Shown: piece by piece, positions 27,455-37,451 of the stretch
Layout: each line of letters opens with the position of its first letter
Position numbering within the stretch: the first letter of the stretch is position 1
Program-made: the position numbers and the translations under genes
The notes under the pieces: model-generated
The model's database searches: none
Seen by the model: the letters and a program-made list of their open reading frames with translations, nothing else
Told to the model about the DNA's origin: nothing
Origin: a virus
UHGV virus genome: UHGV-0019911
Strand: one strand, 5' to 3'
Length of the DNA stretch: 44,128 nt

Positions 27455-27739
27455 TTGTCTCATAAGGTGAAAGCTAAGGAACAAATATTAGACTCAATTC
27501 AAGTGGGCTCAATTATTGCTTTTACAGTTAAAAGCTATTCTAGTGTTATTATGCTATCAGGTAAAGTACAGGAGCTAACTTATGATGAAGATGGTTTGAC
27601 TTATATAACCCAAACTCATAATGGTTCTTTATTCTATGTCAAAAGGTCCTCTGTGGTTTGGCTTAAAATGGGATCCAGATGGCCCCAGGGCATATATAAC
27701 GCATTAAAATTTGGGAAAATTAGCTCTGGAGCAAAGTAA
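27455..27739 (+). CDS. hypothetical protein (94 aa). TTG start with RBS AAGGAGGTG
   Basis: First gene after the promoter. Confidence 0.45.
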   Translation: MSHKVKAKEQILDSIQVGSIIAFTVKSYSSVIMLSGKVQELTYDEDGLTYITQTHNGSLFYVKRSSVVWLKMGSRWPQGIYNALKFGKISSGAK

Positions 27740-27813
27740 ACCAAATTTCCAAATAGTAATTCATACCCTAAACTTCTGTTAGCTCCAGAACCAAATTTCA
27801 TAAGGAGGAAATT

Positions 27814-28329
27814 ATGCCTAAAATTTCTGTTGATAACCTGATGCAAGAAATAGTATCCATAAATAATCAGATCACTGGCATGAAGATGCTTTTAGATCAT
27901 AAGAAGAAAATTATGGCTAAATATTTTGATAGCTCAGGTCATAAATCACTTACAAATGATGAAGCTACAGTATACGTACAAGAAAGAACTTCAATACAAT
28001 ATGATATAGCAGAATTAGAACAACATTTATCCAAGGGGATATTGTCGCAATTTGTAGAAAGCACTTATAAGATAAAAAACTGGCATAAGTTCGTTAAGTT
28101 TTGTAAGGCCAAGGGGATAAAAGCTCAAGAACTAAAAGAATTTATTTCTGTTGAAAAGAAAGTTGACCAAGATAAACTTACAAAACTTTATGAAAGGGGA
28201 GTAGTAGAGCCAGCAGAACTTACTGGCTGTTATACTTGCACAGTTAAGAAGAACATAGCTCTACGCATGAAGAATGTTGATGCAACAATCCCTATCACCA
28301 AGCCAGGAGAAGTTCATAGCTCTACTTAA
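27814..28329 (+). CDS. hypothetical protein, possibly a Mu-Gam-like DNA-end-binding protein
   Basis: N-terminal coiled-coil then a central block reminiscent of the Gam family; low certainty. Confidence 0.3.
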   Translation: MPKISVDNLMQEIVSINNQITGMKMLLDHKKKIMAKYFDSSGHKSLTNDEATVYVQERTSIQYDIAELEQHLSKGILSQFVESTYKIKNWHKFVKFCKAKGIKAQELKEFISVEKKVDQDKLTKLYERGVVEPAELTGCYTCTVKKNIALRMKNVDATIPITKPGEVHSST

Positions 28330-29353
28330 GTATTATAACTTATACGAACCAAGTGAACTATACAAAGTTATTTGCCCTTTTCACCCTGATAAAAATGCTA
28401 GTATGCAAATAAACCTAACTAATTCTTTCTTCTATTGTTATGGATGTGGTTGTAAAGGTAGTACTTTTGAACTTTATAAATACTTTCAACAAAAAGAAAA
28501 GAATAATAAAGGGGCGAATATAAGGGCTAAGAAAACTGATGATTTACAATTAAGAATTTCACTTAATAAGTTACTAAGTAATATATATAATAAAAGAAAA
28601 TATATAAAAGAAAATTCTAATTCTTTTGTTAATACTAATTCTTTTGTTGAAATTGAAAATAAACTAAACTACAAAGCTGGTATAAAACTTGCTAGAAATT
28701 ATTACAACAATTTGCCTACACCTAACTGGTATAAACCTTCTCGTAATCCTTCTGTTGAAGAAGAAACGAGGTTATGTTTACAGTACATGAAACAACGTGG
28801 CTTTACTCCACATACACTTTCAAAGTTTGGAGCTAAACCTTCTCTGAATAAATACTATCCTATCTGCATTCCTTTGTTAGAAAATGGATTGCTTAGAGGA
28901 TACGTAATGAGAACATTCGATAAAGAAATTGAACAACAAAGAAAATACATGTATAATCGTGGATTCAAACGTGAACTAATTCTACCAGGAACTTATGTAC
29001 AGAACGAACCCATTGTTCTTGTTGAAGGGTATATTGATTTTCTAAAAGCAAAGCAAATAGGAATTAAGAACTGTGCAGCTTTACTTGGTTGGAAGATAAG
29101 TTCACACCAACTACAAAAACTTAAAGAGAAAGGAATCACAAATATACTTTGTGCATTAGATAACGATGAAGCTGGGAATAAAGGTTATCGTTACTTAAAA
29201 CGTTTAGAAAAAGCTAAAATGTTAAATTCTGTTAAAAGAATACATTATCCAAAGAATTGTAAAGATATGGGTGATATTGCTAAAGGTTCTGAAGAGGCTG
29301 ATAAAATTCTACAGCAAATTGCCTATTTACAAACTAAGTTTTCTATGGTATAA
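28274..29353 (+). CDS. DNA primase (DnaG-like: CHC2 zinc finger plus TOPRIM)
   Basis: CPFHPDKNASMQIN...FYCYGCGCKG zinc finger; TOPRIM VLVEGYIDFL...ALDNDEAGNKG. Confidence 0.8.
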   Translation: MLMQQSLSPSQEKFIALLKYYNLYEPSELYKVICPFHPDKNASMQINLTNSFFYCYGCGCKGSTFELYKYFQQKEKNNKGANIRAKKTDDLQLRISLNKLLSNIYNKRKYIKENSNSFVNTNSFVEIENKLNYKAGIKLARNYYNNLPTPNWYKPSRNPSVEEETRLCLQYMKQRGFTPHTLSKFGAKPSLNKYYPICIPLLENGLLRGYVMRTFDKEIEQQRKYMYNRGFKRELILPGTYVQNEPIVLVEGYIDFLKAKQIGIKNCAALLGWKISSHQLQKLKEKGITNILCALDNDEAGNKGYRYLKRLEKAKMLNSVKRIHYPKNCKDMGDIAKGSEEADKILQQIAYLQTKFSMV

Positions 29354-29354
29354 T
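29326..29354 (+). promoter_or_regulatory. promoter, -35 TTTACA, 17-nt spacer, TGGTATAAT, embedded in the last codons of the primase gene
   Basis: Motif family. Confidence 0.55.
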
Positions 29355-29392
29355 ATTAACATACCACAAATAACTGATTGGAGGAAAAGAAA

Positions 29393-30202
29393 ATGGCAAA
29401 CTTGATTAAAATGATGAAAACACAAATTGCCAAGAGTGGTTCAAGTAAGAAAGAAATTATTTATTTTGCAAAGGACTCTGTTCATAGAGTTCGTTTCTTG
29501 CAGGAACTTGATCATGGTTATGAATTTGAATTTCATAATGACTGGGACACTAAAATTTTTGAATTGTGCAAGGATCCCGAGGACCATGAAAACTGCAAAC
29601 TTTGCAATGATGGTATTGCTATTCAGCAAAACTTTGTTTGGTGTGTTTGGGACTACGACAGTTCTTCTGTTAAACTCATTCAGTTCAAAGCAACTGGAGT
29701 TTCTCCCATTCCTGCTTTGATTGAGATGTATGAAGAATACGGTACGATTATGGATCGTGACTATAAGATTAAGAAAGTAGGCCAGGGACAAGGTTCTTCT
29801 TTCTCTGTTACTCCTCTTGATAAAGAACGTTTCTCAAATAGTAAAGCTAAACCTCTAAACCGTATGCAGGTTAAGGAAATTTTGGAGAAAGCTTGGACTT
29901 CTTCTAAGGTTGAAGATGAAGATATTGAGGAAGAAGAGGATGAGGAAATTGAGGAAGTAAAAACTTCCAAGAAAACTAAGAAAGCTAGAAAGCATAAGAA
30001 AACCATTCAGGATAAGTTGATGGAGCTTGAGCTTTCCGAAATTAAAGAAATTGCAAAGTTACTTGGTATGAGTAAGAAAGAGCTTAGGCAGTTTGATGAT
30101 GAAGAGGAACTGGTTGAGGAACTCACTGATAATTACGAGGATGAAGATCTGGAAGACTGCTATACTGAGTACATTGAAGATGGAGAGGACGATGATGATT
30201 GA
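29393..30202 (+). CDS. putative ssDNA-binding protein with a zinc-binding segment and a long acidic C-terminal tail
   Basis: C..H..C..C cluster and extremely acidic C-terminus (...EDGEDDDD), adjacent to the primase/polymerase genes; no fold is recognisable by eye. Confidence 0.35.
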   Translation: MANLIKMMKTQIAKSGSSKKEIIYFAKDSVHRVRFLQELDHGYEFEFHNDWDTKIFELCKDPEDHENCKLCNDGIAIQQNFVWCVWDYDSSSVKLIQFKATGVSPIPALIEMYEEYGTIMDRDYKIKKVGQGQGSSFSVTPLDKERFSNSKAKPLNRMQVKEILEKAWTSSKVEDEDIEEEEDEEIEEVKTSKKTKKARKHKKTIQDKLMELELSEIKEIAKLLGMSKKELRQFDDEEELVEELTDNYEDEDLEDCYTEYIEDGEDDDD

Positions 30203-30522
30203 TGTTGTATCAAATGTTCTCAATGCAAAAACGTTTACAAAAACTGATAACCAATACAGAAACTCCTTGTGACAATATTGATCAGTTCCATTATTCTGTT
30301 ACCGCTCTTGTTTGTGAATTAGGTGAGGTACTCCAAGCTGATAAGAGATGGAAAAATAATGGTAGAAATGATCATTATGATCGAGATGAAAAGCTTGAAG
30401 AGTTGGTTGATTGCTTTGCATTTCTGATAAATGCTTGCTTATACTCTGGTTTTACTTCAAGAGATATTTACCTTGCTTTTGTTAAAAAGTTTAATACTAA
30501 TGTAGAAAGGACAATGAAATAA
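30199..30522 (+). CDS. MazG-like / dimeric dUTPase-like all-alpha NTP pyrophosphohydrolase
   Basis: ALVCELGEVLQ...W...EELVDCFAFLI pattern of the MazG/dUTPase_2 EExxE family. Confidence 0.5.
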   Translation: MMLYQMFSMQKRLQKLITNTETPCDNIDQFHYSVTALVCELGEVLQADKRWKNNGRNDHYDRDEKLEELVDCFAFLINACLYSGFTSRDIYLAFVKKFNTNVERTMK

Positions 30523-31052
30523 TGGTTGTTATACTGGAAGGAATGAAGAGGTCTGGAAAAACTACATATGCTAATATTCTGAAGGATTATTCATCCCTTC
30601 CAGTATACTACTTAAATGACAGGACTCTACTGGAAAATGTGGATAACACTTCAATTAAAGATACAGTATATGGTTCTTGCCACACTATGGTTCAAATGGC
30701 AAAGATAATAGAAAAAACTACAAAAGGTAACTGTTTAATTATTTTTGATCGTTTGCATTTGAGTGAGCTAGTATATGGCTTAAGGCATAGAAACTATGAT
30801 GCAGATGGAATGTGGGAAATAGATAAGCAAGTAAGAGCTTTATGTCCTTATTGTTTATTGTTTAGTTCAGATACAGCAAATGAACGAACTGAAATAAATA
30901 GTTATAAAGAGGATTTTGAAACTTACTCAAATAAAAGTTGCTTAAATTGGATACATATTTCTTTAGATGGAACCAATGGTAAAGTAACACACAAACAGTT
31001 AAACTTAGTATTGCAAGATTATGACTTAAAATATAGTTTTGTTGGAGGGTAA
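30522..31052 (+). CDS. dNMP / thymidylate kinase-like P-loop kinase
   Basis: N-terminal VVILEGMKRSGKTT (Tmk-type Walker A) plus a DR...E motif. Confidence 0.55.
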   Translation: MVVILEGMKRSGKTTYANILKDYSSLPVYYLNDRTLLENVDNTSIKDTVYGSCHTMVQMAKIIEKTTKGNCLIIFDRLHLSELVYGLRHRNYDADGMWEIDKQVRALCPYCLLFSSDTANERTEINSYKEDFETYSNKSCLNWIHISLDGTNGKVTHKQLNLVLQDYDLKYSFVGG

Positions 31053-31054
31053 AG

Positions 31055-31978
31055 ATGGAAATTAAAAAGTTTGTAAAAGGGAAAAATGTTCTAATGATTC
31101 CTATTTTTTCCATGAGAAGTTATGAGACAGGTTTATATAATTTGGCTGCAGATGGAAATATGGCTAGAATTCTTTCTTTCTTGTTGGATGCTGATTTTAG
31201 ATCAGCTACAGTTCTTATTCCAGAAAATTCAATTGGTATTATGGAAGTAAGAGCTTTGTTAAATAGGCGCCATATTGATAATGTATTTTTCTATGCTACA
31301 GATGCATATGGTAAAAATGCAAAACAAACAAGAGATGAAATTGATAAGTTTGCAAGCTTACTTACTAATGAAGCTATGCTAAAGGTATATGATATAGTTA
31401 TTTCTGAGCCCAACTACTTAACTTATTATTTAGCATATAGATACCCTAAAAAAGTTATTTATTGGAATGTTGCTTCTGTTACAGACAAGGGAACACCTTG
31501 GTTTGTAAAAGAATATGAAACGATTGATCGCAAGATTGTTAAACTAGTTCCAACGGCTTGTGCAACTATTTCCCAGGTTAAGGAACTTGGTTATAATACT
31601 TTTGTTGGAGAATTTTATAATCCTGCATTATTTGACTTCAAGGTAGTTTACTTTCCCTTTAGGTTGACTGATGAAAATTATAAAGCAAAAGAATTCGCAG
31701 CTTTCATTAAAAACCTTTATGATAATGGAGTTAGGAACTTTAAAGTATTGTACACTGATGTAAACGATTCTTGTATTTTTGAAAGCAAAGATCCGTTCGT
31801 TAAAGTTTCGTCTGATAAAGTTTCTTATATTTCTGTTTTGAAGGGAAAACCAATTATTCCTTATTTTGATGATAGTGAAGTTCTAATGCACATTTCTTAC
31901 AAAGAGTTTGAATATTATGGTTGTAAGATTGTTCGTAACTTTAGTGATCTGGAAAGGATGATTCTAAGTGATGAATAA
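31055..31978 (+). CDS. hypothetical alpha/beta protein (307 aa), unknown enzyme, possibly a transferase
   Basis: No recognisable motif; embedded between the kinase and the U32-like gene. Confidence 0.4.
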   Translation: MEIKKFVKGKNVLMIPIFSMRSYETGLYNLAADGNMARILSFLLDADFRSATVLIPENSIGIMEVRALLNRRHIDNVFFYATDAYGKNAKQTRDEIDKFASLLTNEAMLKVYDIVISEPNYLTYYLAYRYPKKVIYWNVASVTDKGTPWFVKEYETIDRKIVKLVPTACATISQVKELGYNTFVGEFYNPALFDFKVVYFPFRLTDENYKAKEFAAFIKNLYDNGVRNFKVLYTDVNDSCIFESKDPFVKVSSDKVSYISVLKGKPIIPYFDDSEVLMHISYKEFEYYGCKIVRNFSDLERMILSDE

Positions 31979-33059
31979 CTTTAAGGTTGGAGTAAATTTT
32001 GATGAAGAACTTCTTGATTCTATCATTGAAATAAATGAAAAGTTCAAAGGAACTGGCAGTACAATATCTGAACTTTATGGTTCTATCAGACAACATGCTA
32101 ATCTTGCAGCTAGACCTTCTTTTAGGTTGCCTGATAAAAAAATGAGTGAATTGGAAAGTTATGTGAAGAAAGCAAGCAATAATGGGATTAGGTTCAACTA
32201 TACATTAAATTCTATTGCTCCATATGAAAGTAAAAAGGGACTGGCTAGCCGCCTAAACTTTATTGAATCTGTTGTAAATTATTTACTTGATATTGGAGTT
32301 TACAGAATCACAATTGCTAATCCCATTATGCTTGAAATATTCAAACATTTACAGAAGAATGTAAAAGTAGAACTTTCAACAATTGCACACATTGATACTA
32401 TTACACAGATTAAGTATTATCACGAAGAATATGGAGTAGATAAAATCTGTTGTAATTTATTAAAGAATAGAGACTTTAATTGGTTAGAAAAAGCTGCACA
32501 ATATTGTAATGATAATGATATTATTCTTGAGTTAATGGTAAATGAATTTTGTGGAGTAGGTGGAAAAACTTACGGTACACATTGTATTTATAGAGATAGC
32601 TGCTACATTTGCCATGCTACTAACCATACATTAAATGATGCTAATTTGCTTTGGGAATATCCTATGAATTTCTGTACACAAAGTAGAAATAAGAATCCTG
32701 CAAATTGGCTTCGTATGTGTTGGATCCGTCCAGACGATATTCATTATTACAATGAAATTGGTATCAACAACTTTAAGATAACTGGTAGAACTGGTACTAC
32801 TAACTATATTAAGAAAACACTTGAAGCTTACATGAGCCAACACTTTGAAGGTAACTTACTTTCTTTGTGGAAGCCATTAGAAAGCATCAAAGATAATGAA
32901 CTTGAAAATATTCATTCAACTTATATTGATTCTCAAAGCTTAAATGGATTTATTGAGAATTGGTCTTGTAATAGAAAGAACTGTGCAAATGAAGTATGTG
33001 GTGAAACATGTACTTACTGTCAAGACTTTTACAATGAATGCATAGCTAGAAAGGAATAA
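31968..33059 (+). CDS. peptidase-U32-family-like protein (RlhA/TrhP-type putative Fe-S hydroxylase fold)
   Basis: Blocks FNYTLNS, GVYRITIANP...ELSTIAH, DIILELMVNEFC with a downstream Cys cluster align by eye to the U32 TIM-barrel core. Confidence 0.45.
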   Translation: MMNNFKVGVNFDEELLDSIIEINEKFKGTGSTISELYGSIRQHANLAARPSFRLPDKKMSELESYVKKASNNGIRFNYTLNSIAPYESKKGLASRLNFIESVVNYLLDIGVYRITIANPIMLEIFKHLQKNVKVELSTIAHIDTITQIKYYHEEYGVDKICCNLLKNRDFNWLEKAAQYCNDNDIILELMVNEFCGVGGKTYGTHCIYRDSCYICHATNHTLNDANLLWEYPMNFCTQSRNKNPANWLRMCWIRPDDIHYYNEIGINNFKITGRTGTTNYIKKTLEAYMSQHFEGNLLSLWKPLESIKDNELENIHSTYIDSQSLNGFIENWSCNRKNCANEVCGETCTYCQDFYNECIARKE

Positions 33060-33062
33060 AAT

Positions 33063-35762
33063 ATGTTTGATGCGCATAGACATGATGAATACTCTTTCTT
33101 CGATGGGTCAGGAAAAGCTATTGAGCTTGCAACTTTAGCCAAGAAGAAAGGGTATACAGCTTTAGGCTTAACTAATCATGGAAATACTTCAGGTTTAGTA
33201 CAACATTATGATGCTTGTAAAGCTGTTGGTATTAAGCCCATAATGGGAGTTGAAGCTTATTTCTTGCCTAAGTATAAGGAAAATAAACGTGGTTTTCATC
33301 TTTGTTTGTTTGCAAAGAACTTAGAAGGATATAAAAACATAAATGAAATACAAAGCAAAGGTGAACTTCAAAAGTATTATAATCCTATTATTACATTTGA
33401 TATTCTCAAGGAACATAGTGAAGGCGTAATTTGTTCAACTGCTTGTGTAGCAGGTTTTCTTGCACAATGCATTATAAACAAGAAGTACTTACAGGCAAAG
33501 AAATTCATTAAGAAAATGAAAAGCATTTTTGGTGAAGATTTCTATATTGAAATTCAGCCATATAAAGTTTCTGAACCTGGTTTACAAGAGAAAGTTAATA
33601 TTGAATGTATTAAGCTTGCGAAAGAGTTTAATGTAAAATGTATTTTAACTTCTGATTCACATAGAGGTAAAAAGGAAGATCTTGAAAGTTATATAGCTAT
33701 GCACAGATTGAAAAATAATACAGAAGAATATATAAAGCACATATACGAAACTTATAAAGATCGATATATGCCTGATGTAAATGAAATGCAAAGGCGTTTT
33801 GTAAAAATGCATGAGAAAGATTTTGGGTTAAAGAAAGCTAAACTCTTAGCAAATGAAATGGAAGAAAACCTTGATGAAATTGAGGAAAAGGTTGATGGCG
33901 ATATAATCGATGAACTTGCTGAAATTCCAGCACTTCCTAAGTTTGATGAAAATCAAGATTCTTTTAATTTGTTAAAAGCTAAAGTTAAGCAAGGTTTGAA
34001 GGAACGTAAGGTATACAATGAGGAATATTTGAAAAGAGCTGCAGATGAGTTAAAGGTTATTAAATCTAACTCATTTGAAGACTATTTCTTAATTGTGCAA
34101 GATTATGTCTTATGGGCCAAAAATAATGGAATCGCAGTAGGTCCCGGACGCGGTTCTGGTTGTAACTGCTTAATTAACTATGCATTAGGAATAACTGATG
34201 TGGATCCTATATTTTTTGACTTAGATTACAAAAGATTTATTCGTGAAGATAAAAAACAACTTCCCGATATTGATGTTGACTTTGAAACTTCTCGTAGAGC
34301 AGAAGTTATTGAATACATGGTAAATAAATATAAAGGATATGCAGTTCAAATTGCATCATATGGAATGTACAAAGTAGATAATCTTGTAAATGATATTGTA
34401 AAACTTTATGAAGATATGGAGCAAGATGATATAAAGAAAATTAAAAAACTTATAAACGATAATAAGGATAGCGAAAAACAGGTTGACATTGAGCAACTTA
34501 AAATGAATCAAATGGCGCAAAAATTTAATGCAAAATATGAAGGACTAATTGATAATTTCTGTTTCTTGTATAATAAAGTTAAATATTTAGGTACTCATGC
34601 TGCTGGTGTAGCAATTTCTAATAAATCAATCTATTATTATACTGCGGTTAGATTTGATAAGAAGGAAGGAAAATATTTTTCAAGCTATAACTTGGTTGAC
34701 CTTGAAAGATGTGGAATCATTAAATATGATATGCTTGGACTTAGTACATTAAGTTCTTTGCAGGATTGCAGAAATTTGATTAAAGATAAACCAAGCATCA
34801 AAAAGATGATAAGAGATGAAAAAGTTCTTGATTCATTTGCTAAAGGAAATTCAAATGGAGTATTTCAGTTTGATTCAGAGGCTGCACAAAATATCTTAAG
34901 GGAGATACATGTAGATAATTTTACTGATGTTGTTGCAGCAAATGCAATGGATAGACCTGGTCCTCTTTCATTAGGTATTCCAGAGAAGTATGCATCAGCA
35001 AAAGAATATTGGAATGATAGAGAAGATAAACCTATCTATGCTAAGTATATCAATGATACTTATGGATGTATTTTGTATCAGGAGCAAGTTAATTCTATTG
35101 CTGTTGAATATGGTGGCTTAAGTTGGAACCAGGCTGACAAGTTAAGAAAGATGGATGATCCCGCATCACTTAAATCACGCAAATTACTTGAGCAATATCA
35201 TGATGAATTTCTTGATATTTTTGTTAAAGGATTGAAGAGATACAATGTTGGTAGAAATGAAGCTAGTCAACTGTTTGAAAACTTTCTTAATTATACGTTT
35301 AACAAAGGACATGCAGTTGGTTATGTTTTAATATCATTTGAAGAAATGTATTACAAAACTTATTATCAAACAATTTTTTGGTCAGTGAAGCTAAACTACT
35401 GTACTGAGAAGAATGAATGGAAGTTCCAGAATTTAGCTGCAAAGGATGGAGCTTTAATGCTTACTCCTCATGTAAATGGAACCGCAGGTTATTCTATTTG
35501 TGATGTTGATGGAGAGCAATGTATTCTAATCGGATTAAGTTCAATTAAGGGCATTGGTGAAAAAGTTGCTAAATCAATAGAAGAAGAAAGAATCACAAAT
35601 GGTGACTATACTGATATCGATGATCTTTGTGATAGACTTCCTAAACGTATTATTACAAGCAAAGTTAAAGAACTTCTTAAGGAAGCGGGAGCTTGTATAT
35701 TTGATAAGAAACGATATTTCAATCATGTAATGCAATATAACATGGATTTAGTTTCGAGGTGA
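33063..35762 (+). CDS. DNA polymerase III alpha subunit (DnaE-like, PHP domain N-terminus)
   Basis: PHP motifs FDAHRHDEYSFFDGSG, GLTNHGNTSG, GIKPIMGVEAY; 899 aa. Confidence 0.85.
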   Translation: MFDAHRHDEYSFFDGSGKAIELATLAKKKGYTALGLTNHGNTSGLVQHYDACKAVGIKPIMGVEAYFLPKYKENKRGFHLCLFAKNLEGYKNINEIQSKGELQKYYNPIITFDILKEHSEGVICSTACVAGFLAQCIINKKYLQAKKFIKKMKSIFGEDFYIEIQPYKVSEPGLQEKVNIECIKLAKEFNVKCILTSDSHRGKKEDLESYIAMHRLKNNTEEYIKHIYETYKDRYMPDVNEMQRRFVKMHEKDFGLKKAKLLANEMEENLDEIEEKVDGDIIDELAEIPALPKFDENQDSFNLLKAKVKQGLKERKVYNEEYLKRAADELKVIKSNSFEDYFLIVQDYVLWAKNNGIAVGPGRGSGCNCLINYALGITDVDPIFFDLDYKRFIREDKKQLPDIDVDFETSRRAEVIEYMVNKYKGYAVQIASYGMYKVDNLVNDIVKLYEDMEQDDIKKIKKLINDNKDSEKQVDIEQLKMNQMAQKFNAKYEGLIDNFCFLYNKVKYLGTHAAGVAISNKSIYYYTAVRFDKKEGKYFSSYNLVDLERCGIIKYDMLGLSTLSSLQDCRNLIKDKPSIKKMIRDEKVLDSFAKGNSNGVFQFDSEAAQNILREIHVDNFTDVVAANAMDRPGPLSLGIPEKYASAKEYWNDREDKPIYAKYINDTYGCILYQEQVNSIAVEYGGLSWNQADKLRKMDDPASLKSRKLLEQYHDEFLDIFVKGLKRYNVGRNEASQLFENFLNYTFNKGHAVGYVLISFEEMYYKTYYQTIFWSVKLNYCTEKNEWKFQNLAAKDGALMLTPHVNGTAGYSICDVDGEQCILIGLSSIKGIGEKVAKSIEEERITNGDYTDIDDLCDRLPKRIITSKVKELLKEAGACIFDKKRYFNHVMQYNMDLVSR

Positions 35763-35767
35763 AAATA

Positions 35768-36655
35768 GTGGATTTGAAAGAGATTCAAGGTATATGTAAA
35801 GACCTTGAAAAAAAGTCAGGAAAGGGTTCAATTTTCCTAACTGGTAAAAATACAGCATTACAAATTCCAAGATGGAGTACTTCAATTGAAGCTTTAGATT
35901 CTTTAATTGGGGGAGGAATGCCTAAGGGTAGAATAATTGAAATCTTTGGTCCTGAAAGTTCTGGTAAAACTTCTCTTGTTTATTGGTTAATGAGTTTGCA
36001 TCAGTTGGGAGTTTATATTCCCATCGAAGGAACTTATGACGAAGCAAGAGCAAAAAGCATTGGTGTGAAGTCTAAACAAATGATTGTGTATAGGGCTAAC
36101 TATGGTGAGGAAGCTTTGAATGCAATTATTAAGTTTGCAAAAGCGGGAGTGCCTATTATCGCATTGGATAGTGTTCCTGCTTGTCAGCCTAAGGATGATG
36201 TAGATAAGATCGAAAAGGATTCACAAAATGAAATGAAGATAGGAGGAGTGGCTAGATTATTCTCCAAAACACTTCCTTCTATCGTTAGAATTTGTGAAGA
36301 AACAGGTACAACTTTAATTCTTGTTAATCAGGTTAGAGATAAGATGAATGCTATGCTTTTTGGTGAGAAGGAAGACACACCGGGTGGCAGAGCTATTAAG
36401 TTCTATAGTTCGATTAGAATTAAAGTTGCTAGAAGAGCGTGGATTGAAATCCCTAATAGAAATCCTGCACTAAGTGCTGATAACGAAAAAGTTGGTATCA
36501 TAATGAAAGCTAAAATCAGTAAATCAAAGGTATCAAATCCGTTTGGTGAAGCTGAACTTCCATTTTTCTTTGATCGTGGTTTTGTTTCATATGATGATAT
36601 CAAGCACATAAGAACAGAGCTAATGAAGCTTAGAAAGGAACAGTTCAATGTCTGA
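35768..36655 (+). CDS. RecA-family recombinase. Alternative GTG start at 35759
   Basis: LDSLIGGGMPKGRIIEIFGPESSGKTSL is a near-canonical RecA Walker A region. Confidence 0.75.
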   Translation: MDLKEIQGICKDLEKKSGKGSIFLTGKNTALQIPRWSTSIEALDSLIGGGMPKGRIIEIFGPESSGKTSLVYWLMSLHQLGVYIPIEGTYDEARAKSIGVKSKQMIVYRANYGEEALNAIIKFAKAGVPIIALDSVPACQPKDDVDKIEKDSQNEMKIGGVARLFSKTLPSIVRICEETGTTLILVNQVRDKMNAMLFGEKEDTPGGRAIKFYSSIRIKVARRAWIEIPNRNPALSADNEKVGIIMKAKISKSKVSNPFGEAELPFFFDRGFVSYDDIKHIRTELMKLRKEQFNV

Positions 36656-37451
36656 CTTAAAGAAAGCTTTGCAAGCACAGCAAAGTGAAGATAGCAATTC
36701 TATTGAAGCTTTAATGTATAAGCAAAAATTGGAAAAGTTATTTATAGATGTATTAAAAACTGAACAGCATGAAGAAAGATATGGTTTACATGCATCAGCT
36801 ATTCTTGCATCTGATAATGAGTTTTGTTATAGAGAACAGCTTTTATCTTTATTCTTTAAGATGAATCAAGGAGAAAATCTTCCTATCAAAACATTAAAGA
36901 TCTTTGCTCAAGGAAATGCAATGCATGAAAAATGGTATCGAATGTTTAGAGCATGCGGAATTGATGTTGCTATTGAAAGAACATTATTTCTTCCACAATA
37001 TGATCTTAATTTTACTATTGATGCATTGCTTAACTTTAAGAAATCTGGGGATCCTAAGGATGAGCTTATAATTGATGTAAAATCACAAAGTACTTTTGCT
37101 TTCAAAAAGCAAAAAGGTCATCCTTCTGGAGAAAAACAAATTAACTTTTATATGTGGGCATTATCAAAATATACAGGAATTCCCCATAAAAATGGTTTTG
37201 TTCTTGTTGATAGCAAGGATGATCAGGAAATCAAACCTGTTCCTGTACATTATAATAAGGAAAAGAATAAACCTTATATTGCAAGGCTAGAACAGATTCA
37301 GGAAGATAAGAAAGTATTCATTAAAGATCATATTGCTCCTAAGAGAAAATGTGGCAATCCTGATTGTAAACGTGCTAAGGAATGTGGTATGAGAGATGCA
37401 TGTTGGAATATAGGAATCGGTAGAAAGAGGTTGAAAACTAATGCCTACTAA
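36648..37451 (+). CDS. PD-(D/E)XK Cas4/RecB-like exonuclease with an Fe-S Cys cluster
   Basis: IDVKS core; one N-terminal Cys plus a C-terminal CGNPDCKRAKECGMRDAC cluster. Confidence 0.55.
   Translation: MSDLKKALQAQQSEDSNSIEALMYKQKLEKLFIDVLKTEQHEERYGLHASAILASDNEFCYREQLLSLFFKMNQGENLPIKTLKIFAQGNAMHEKWYRMFRACGIDVAIERTLFLPQYDLNFTIDALLNFKKSGDPKDELIIDVKSQSTFAFKKQKGHPSGEKQINFYMWALSKYTGIPHKNGFVLVDSKDDQEIKPVPVHYNKEKNKPYIARLEQIQEDKKVFIKDHIAPKRKCGNPDCKRAKECGMRDACWNIGIGRKRLKTNAY

Noticed and set aside
29427-29791. Alternative-frame ORFs (97 aa on +, 116 aa on -) inside the SSB-like gene
   Set aside because: They are fully nested in a well-supported, RBS-initiated ORF with AT-rich chance open frames.
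31968-33059. Considered a radical-SAM enzyme call for the Cys-rich 363-aa protein
   Set aside because: There is no CxxxCxxC motif. The Cys spacing and the flanking blocks fit the U32 family better.
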